Virus record (IMG/VR): IMGVR_UViG_3300021368_002465
Location: 1 to 53,051 of that record
DNA length: 53,051 bases
Direction: 5' to 3' (one strand)
Source: a virus
Taxonomy: Duplodnaviria > Caudoviricetes
The position numbers and the translations under genes were made by a program. The notes under the pieces were generated by a model, which was given only the letters and a program-made list of their open reading frames with translations, had not been told where the DNA came from and did no database searches. Each line of letters opens with the position of its first letter. Positions within the stretch are counted from its first letter, which is position 1. Shown one piece after another: positions 49,750 through 53,051 of this stretch.

Positions 49750-50214
49750 ATGGCAAAAAAGAATACAACGAGTACTACTACGACTCAGAAAAAAGTAGTA
49801 AAAAAGCAAACTAGAAATCATAAGTTAAACTTTAAGGCACCTGAAGAAGAATCTTATTCTGTTATTAGGTATGATAATCCTGATATAGTAGAGAAGATGG
49901 AAAAGGAATGGCCTGAAATGACAGATGAATTCAAGAGAATCATGTTTACTCAATATGAGCTTTTCTGTAAAAAGCAGGCAAACTATGGACCAGATAATAT
50001 TTCTGTTGGTTCTAATTTAGAAACCAAACAAGATATTAATATATCTCTTACAGGTCTTTGGTTTAGAATGAATGATAAGATTCAAAGATTAAAACAAATG
50101 GTAGTACAAGGTAAGAAAGATGAGGTTGGAGAGGCAATTGAAGATTCATACCAAGACCTATCAGTTTACGGCATCATTGCTCAGATAGTTAGTAATGGTA
50201 AGTGGGCAAAATAA
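49750..50214 (+). CDS. DUF1599 / nucleotide-modification-associated domain protein (MazG-like helical fold)
   Basis: KK..NYG, R..DK..RL, E.IEDS..DL..Y.II. Confidence 0.65.
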   Translation: MAKKNTTSTTTTQKKVVKKQTRNHKLNFKAPEEESYSVIRYDNPDIVEKMEKEWPEMTDEFKRIMFTQYELFCKKQANYGPDNISVGSNLETKQDINISLTGLWFRMNDKIQRLKQMVVQGKKDEVGEAIEDSYQDLSVYGIIAQIVSNGKWAK

Positions 50215-50222
50215 TTCAATAT

Positions 50223-50258
50223 TTGCTTGTATAATCAAAATATTTTTCGTATATTTAC
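50223..50258 (+). promoter_or_regulatory. Bacteroidota-type sigma70 (early) promoter
   Basis: TTG (50227) - 20 nt - TATATTTA. Confidence 0.75.
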
Positions 50259-50417
50259 AAAGTAAATTGAATTAACACAATTGTTAATAAAAAACCAAAG
50301 AGATTCGGTGGTTTTTGAGGTTTTATTATATTTATATATACACCGAGTGTTAATAAGTTTGGCACTCAAAAATTAAACTTAAAACAATAAATTATTTAAC
50401 ATTAAAGGATTAAAATT

Positions 50418-51224
50418 ATGGCTTTAGACATTAACGCAATCAGAGGTAGACTGAACAAACTACAAAACACACAACGTAAATCAGATGCATTATGGAAACC
50501 AACTCCAGGTAAGCATCAAGTAAGAATCGTTCCTTACAAATTCAATCCAGACAATCCATTTATTGAATTGTATTTTCACTACAACATTAACAACAAAACT
50601 TATTTATCACCACAATCATTTGGTAGACCAGACCCTATTGTAGAGTTTGCGGATAAACTAAAAAGAATGGGTGATAAGGAAGATTGGAAAGCGGCGAAGG
50701 CGATGGAGCCTAAGTTAAGAACTTTCGTACCTGTTGTTGTAAGAGGTGAAGAAGGTGAAGGAGTAAGATTTTGGGGATTTGGTAAAACTGTATATCAAGA
50801 GATTCTTGGTTACATTGCTGACCCTGACTATGGTGATATCACAGACCCAACAAGTGGTAGAGATTTAACAATCGAGTATAAATCAGCTGAAGAAGCTGGT
50901 ACTACTTATCCAACTACTACTATTAGAGTTAAACCAAGTGAAACTGCAGTTAGTGAAGATTCTGAAAGAGCAACTTCTTTCTTAGAAACACAAACTGAAA
51001 TTACAGATTTATACTCTGAATTATCTTACGATGAATTAAAATCAGTATTAGAAGGATGGTTGAATCCAAGTGGAGAAGGTGAAGATGAATCAAAGAATGA
51101 AGCAGTATCTCAATCAACACTTTCAACTGAAACTAAGAGTGAACCAGTAGCACAACCTACAACTTCAGATTCAAAGAAAACTGATGATGTAGCGGCTGCA
51201 TTTGATGATTTATTTAACAACTAA
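50418..51224 (+). CDS. Single-stranded DNA-binding protein (T4 gp32-like)
   Basis: WKP..G...VRIVP, GV.FW.FGK.VY, DITDP..GRD, acidic C-terminus ending FDDLFN; next to the recombinase. Confidence 0.8.
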   Translation: MALDINAIRGRLNKLQNTQRKSDALWKPTPGKHQVRIVPYKFNPDNPFIELYFHYNINNKTYLSPQSFGRPDPIVEFADKLKRMGDKEDWKAAKAMEPKLRTFVPVVVRGEEGEGVRFWGFGKTVYQEILGYIADPDYGDITDPTSGRDLTIEYKSAEEAGTTYPTTTIRVKPSETAVSEDSERATSFLETQTEITDLYSELSYDELKSVLEGWLNPSGEGEDESKNEAVSQSTLSTETKSEPVAQPTTSDSKKTDDVAAAFDDLFNN

Positions 51225-51234
51225 ACCTTACTAA

Positions 51235-52356
51235 ATGGCGAAAAAGAAAGCAAAAGAGCTTGACTTGGCAGATATTCTGGCGGGTGAACTTAACAAACAA
51301 TCAAAAGACCAGAAGGTAGCATTCTTCCTTAATGAAGATGAGGCTCCTACAAATGTAGAGGGTTGGATTTCTACTGGTTGTGCAATGTTGGATGTTGCTA
51401 TCTCCAATCGTCCTTATGGTGGTTTACCAGTCGGTAGAATCACAGAAGTTACAGGTTTGGAACAAAGTGGAAAATCACTACTATCAGCTCACCTCCTTGC
51501 AGAAACACAGAAACAAGGTGGAGTAGCGGTATTGATTGATACAGAAACTGCAGTGAGTAGAGAATTTTTAGAGGCTATCGGTGTTGACGTCTCTAAACTT
51601 CTTTATGTATCAGCAGATTCAGTTGAACAAATCTTTGATTTTACCGAAACAATCATCGAGAAGGTTAGAGAAACATCTAAAGATAAAATTGTTACTATTG
51701 TAGTAGATTCAGTTGCGGCGGCTTCAACTAAAACAGAGTTAGCGGCAGATTATGGCAAAGATGGATATGCTACTGATAAAGCAATTATCATTTCAAAGGC
51801 AATGAGAAAGATTACCAATATGATTGGTAGACAGAAAATCTCATTAGTATTCACTAACCAACTTAGACAAAAGATGAATGCCATGCCATTCGGTGACCCA
51901 TGGACTACAAGTGGTGGTAAAGCTCTTGCTTTCCATGCATCTGTAAGATTGAGGTTGAAAGGTATGGGACAAATCAAAATGAAGGTAAACGGCAACGATA
52001 AGGTTGTTGGAATCAAAGTTCGATGTCAAATAGTAAAAAACAGAATGGGCCCACCATTAAGAGCGGCTGATTTTGAGATTTACTTTGATAGAGGAATTGA
52101 TAATTATGGTTCATGGCTTAAGGTTATGAAAGAAAACAAATTGGTAAAACAATCAGGTGCTTGGTACACTTATGTAGATACAAGTACTGGTGAAGAAATC
52201 AAATTTCAATCAAAAGATTTTATTGGATTGATGGAAGAAAGAGAAGATGTTAGAGAGCAAATCTATAAAAGGATTTGTGAAGAATCTATCTTACAGTATA
52301 AATCAGATACATTGGATATTGATAATATGGAAATAGATACAGAATTACCTGAATAA
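51235..52356 (+). CDS. recA: RecA/UvsX recombinase
   Basis: ISTG..LD, GGLPVGRITEVTGLEQSGKS (Walker A), IVVDSVAA (Walker B), FTNQLR, TSGGKAL.F.ASVRL, KNR..PP. Confidence 0.95.
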   Translation: MAKKKAKELDLADILAGELNKQSKDQKVAFFLNEDEAPTNVEGWISTGCAMLDVAISNRPYGGLPVGRITEVTGLEQSGKSLLSAHLLAETQKQGGVAVLIDTETAVSREFLEAIGVDVSKLLYVSADSVEQIFDFTETIIEKVRETSKDKIVTIVVDSVAAASTKTELAADYGKDGYATDKAIIISKAMRKITNMIGRQKISLVFTNQLRQKMNAMPFGDPWTTSGGKALAFHASVRLRLKGMGQIKMKVNGNDKVVGIKVRCQIVKNRMGPPLRAADFEIYFDRGIDNYGSWLKVMKENKLVKQSGAWYTYVDTSTGEEIKFQSKDFIGLMEEREDVREQIYKRICEESILQYKSDTLDIDNMEIDTELPE

Positions 52357-52367
52357 ATTCAAAAATT

Positions 52368-52598
52368 ATGAGTAAATTAATTACAATGTTGAGAAAAAGT
52401 GCCGAGGCTGATAGAGCTAAGGCAATTTTATCTCTAGATTTATTAGATAAGAAGGCGGTTGGTATTGGAGACCATTCAACAGAAGATTTCTATAAAAATG
52501 CAGAGGAAGCACTTGGATTACTTGCTGATTCTCAAGATAGATTGGAAGCTATTGAAATTTATATCTCTGAAACCCAAAACAAAGACCTTCTTACATGA
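52368..52598 (+). CDS. Small hypothetical protein
   Basis: Helical ORF with VGIGDH motif; ATGA overlap with the next gene. Confidence 0.7.
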   Translation: MSKLITMLRKSAEADRAKAILSLDLLDKKAVGIGDHSTEDFYKNAEEALGLLADSQDRLEAIEIYISETQNKDLLT

Positions 52599-53051
52599 AG
52601 CAACTATACAAAAACATACTAGAGTCAGTTGAAACTGATAGAACTCAAAATATCAATAGACACAAGAATTCTCGTGTATTAATTATTGATGGGTTAAACA
52701 CATTTATCAGATGTTGGTCATCCATTCCTACAATGAATGATGATGGTGACCATGTTGGTGGAGTGACTGGTGCATTGAAATCTATTGGATATGCAATCAG
52801 ACAAACTCAACCGACTCGAGTTGTTGTTGTATTTGATGGTAAGGGAGGTTCAACCTCTCGTAAAAAGAAATTTGGTGGTTATAAGGCACAAAGAGATAAA
52901 AACAAACTCAGAGTAAATCGAGCATATGCTGATTTGATGAACGATGAGGATGAAAGAGAATCCATGAAAAGACAATTCGTTTGGTTAAATGAAATGTTAG
53001 ATGGGTTACCTCTTACAACTATGATATATGATGGTGTTGAAGCCGATGATA
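52595..53051 (+). CDS. 5'-3' exonuclease / flap endonuclease (Pol I N-terminal, T4 RNase H-like), 3' partial
   Basis: Own translation: LIIDGLNTFIR, VVVVFDGKGGS..RK....YK..R, GVEADD. Confidence 0.9.
   Translation, partial: MKQLYKNILESVETDRTQNINRHKNSRVLIIDGLNTFIRCWSSIPTMNDDGDHVGGVTGALKSIGYAIRQTQPTRVVVVFDGKGGSTSRKKKFGGYKAQRDKNKLRVNRAYADLMNDEDERESMKRQFVWLNEMLDGLPLTTMIYDGVEADD

Noticed and set aside
6-52029. Numerous short minus-strand and nested ORFs in the track
   Set aside because: All overlap longer + strand genes and have shadow-frame composition (Pro/Val/Ser/Leu-rich mirror of Gly/Thr/Asp codons); no supporting signals seen.
1-53051. tRNA/rRNA genes or stop-codon reassignment
   Set aside because: Intergenic gaps are short and AT-rich with no cloverleaf seen; genes are full length and tightly packed under the standard code.

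Overview
AT-rich segment of a large contractile-tailed (myovirus-type) phage genome, with essentially all real genes on the + strand. It runs from a ~26 kb cluster of repetitive tail-fibre/virion appendage genes (cadherin-like repeats, GxxSGSSQ repeats, two S74 chaperone fibres, a beta-helix and a LamG-type tip protein), through a glycosyltransferase and a Hint-domain protein. The core tail module follows: sheath, tube, chaperone pair with a probable frameshift, tape measure and baseplate genes. The window ends in a mixed accessory/replication region: LPD29-like protein, two lipoproteins, compact family-A DNA polymerase, 2OG-Fe(II) oxygenase, gp32-like SSB, RecA/UvsX and a 5'-3' exonuclease. 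Five promoters of the form TTG-N20-TATATTT(G/A) point to a Bacteroidota host; a separate TATTTATA motif marks presumed late genes. The standout is 47608..49539: a circularly permuted ATP-grasp-like domain followed by a 27-residue six-cysteine peptide between two Hint domains with apparently complementary catalytic defects. This looks like a self-excising, possibly self-cyclising peptide (RiPP-like) system. All family assignments are from motif recognition by eye; no searches were run.
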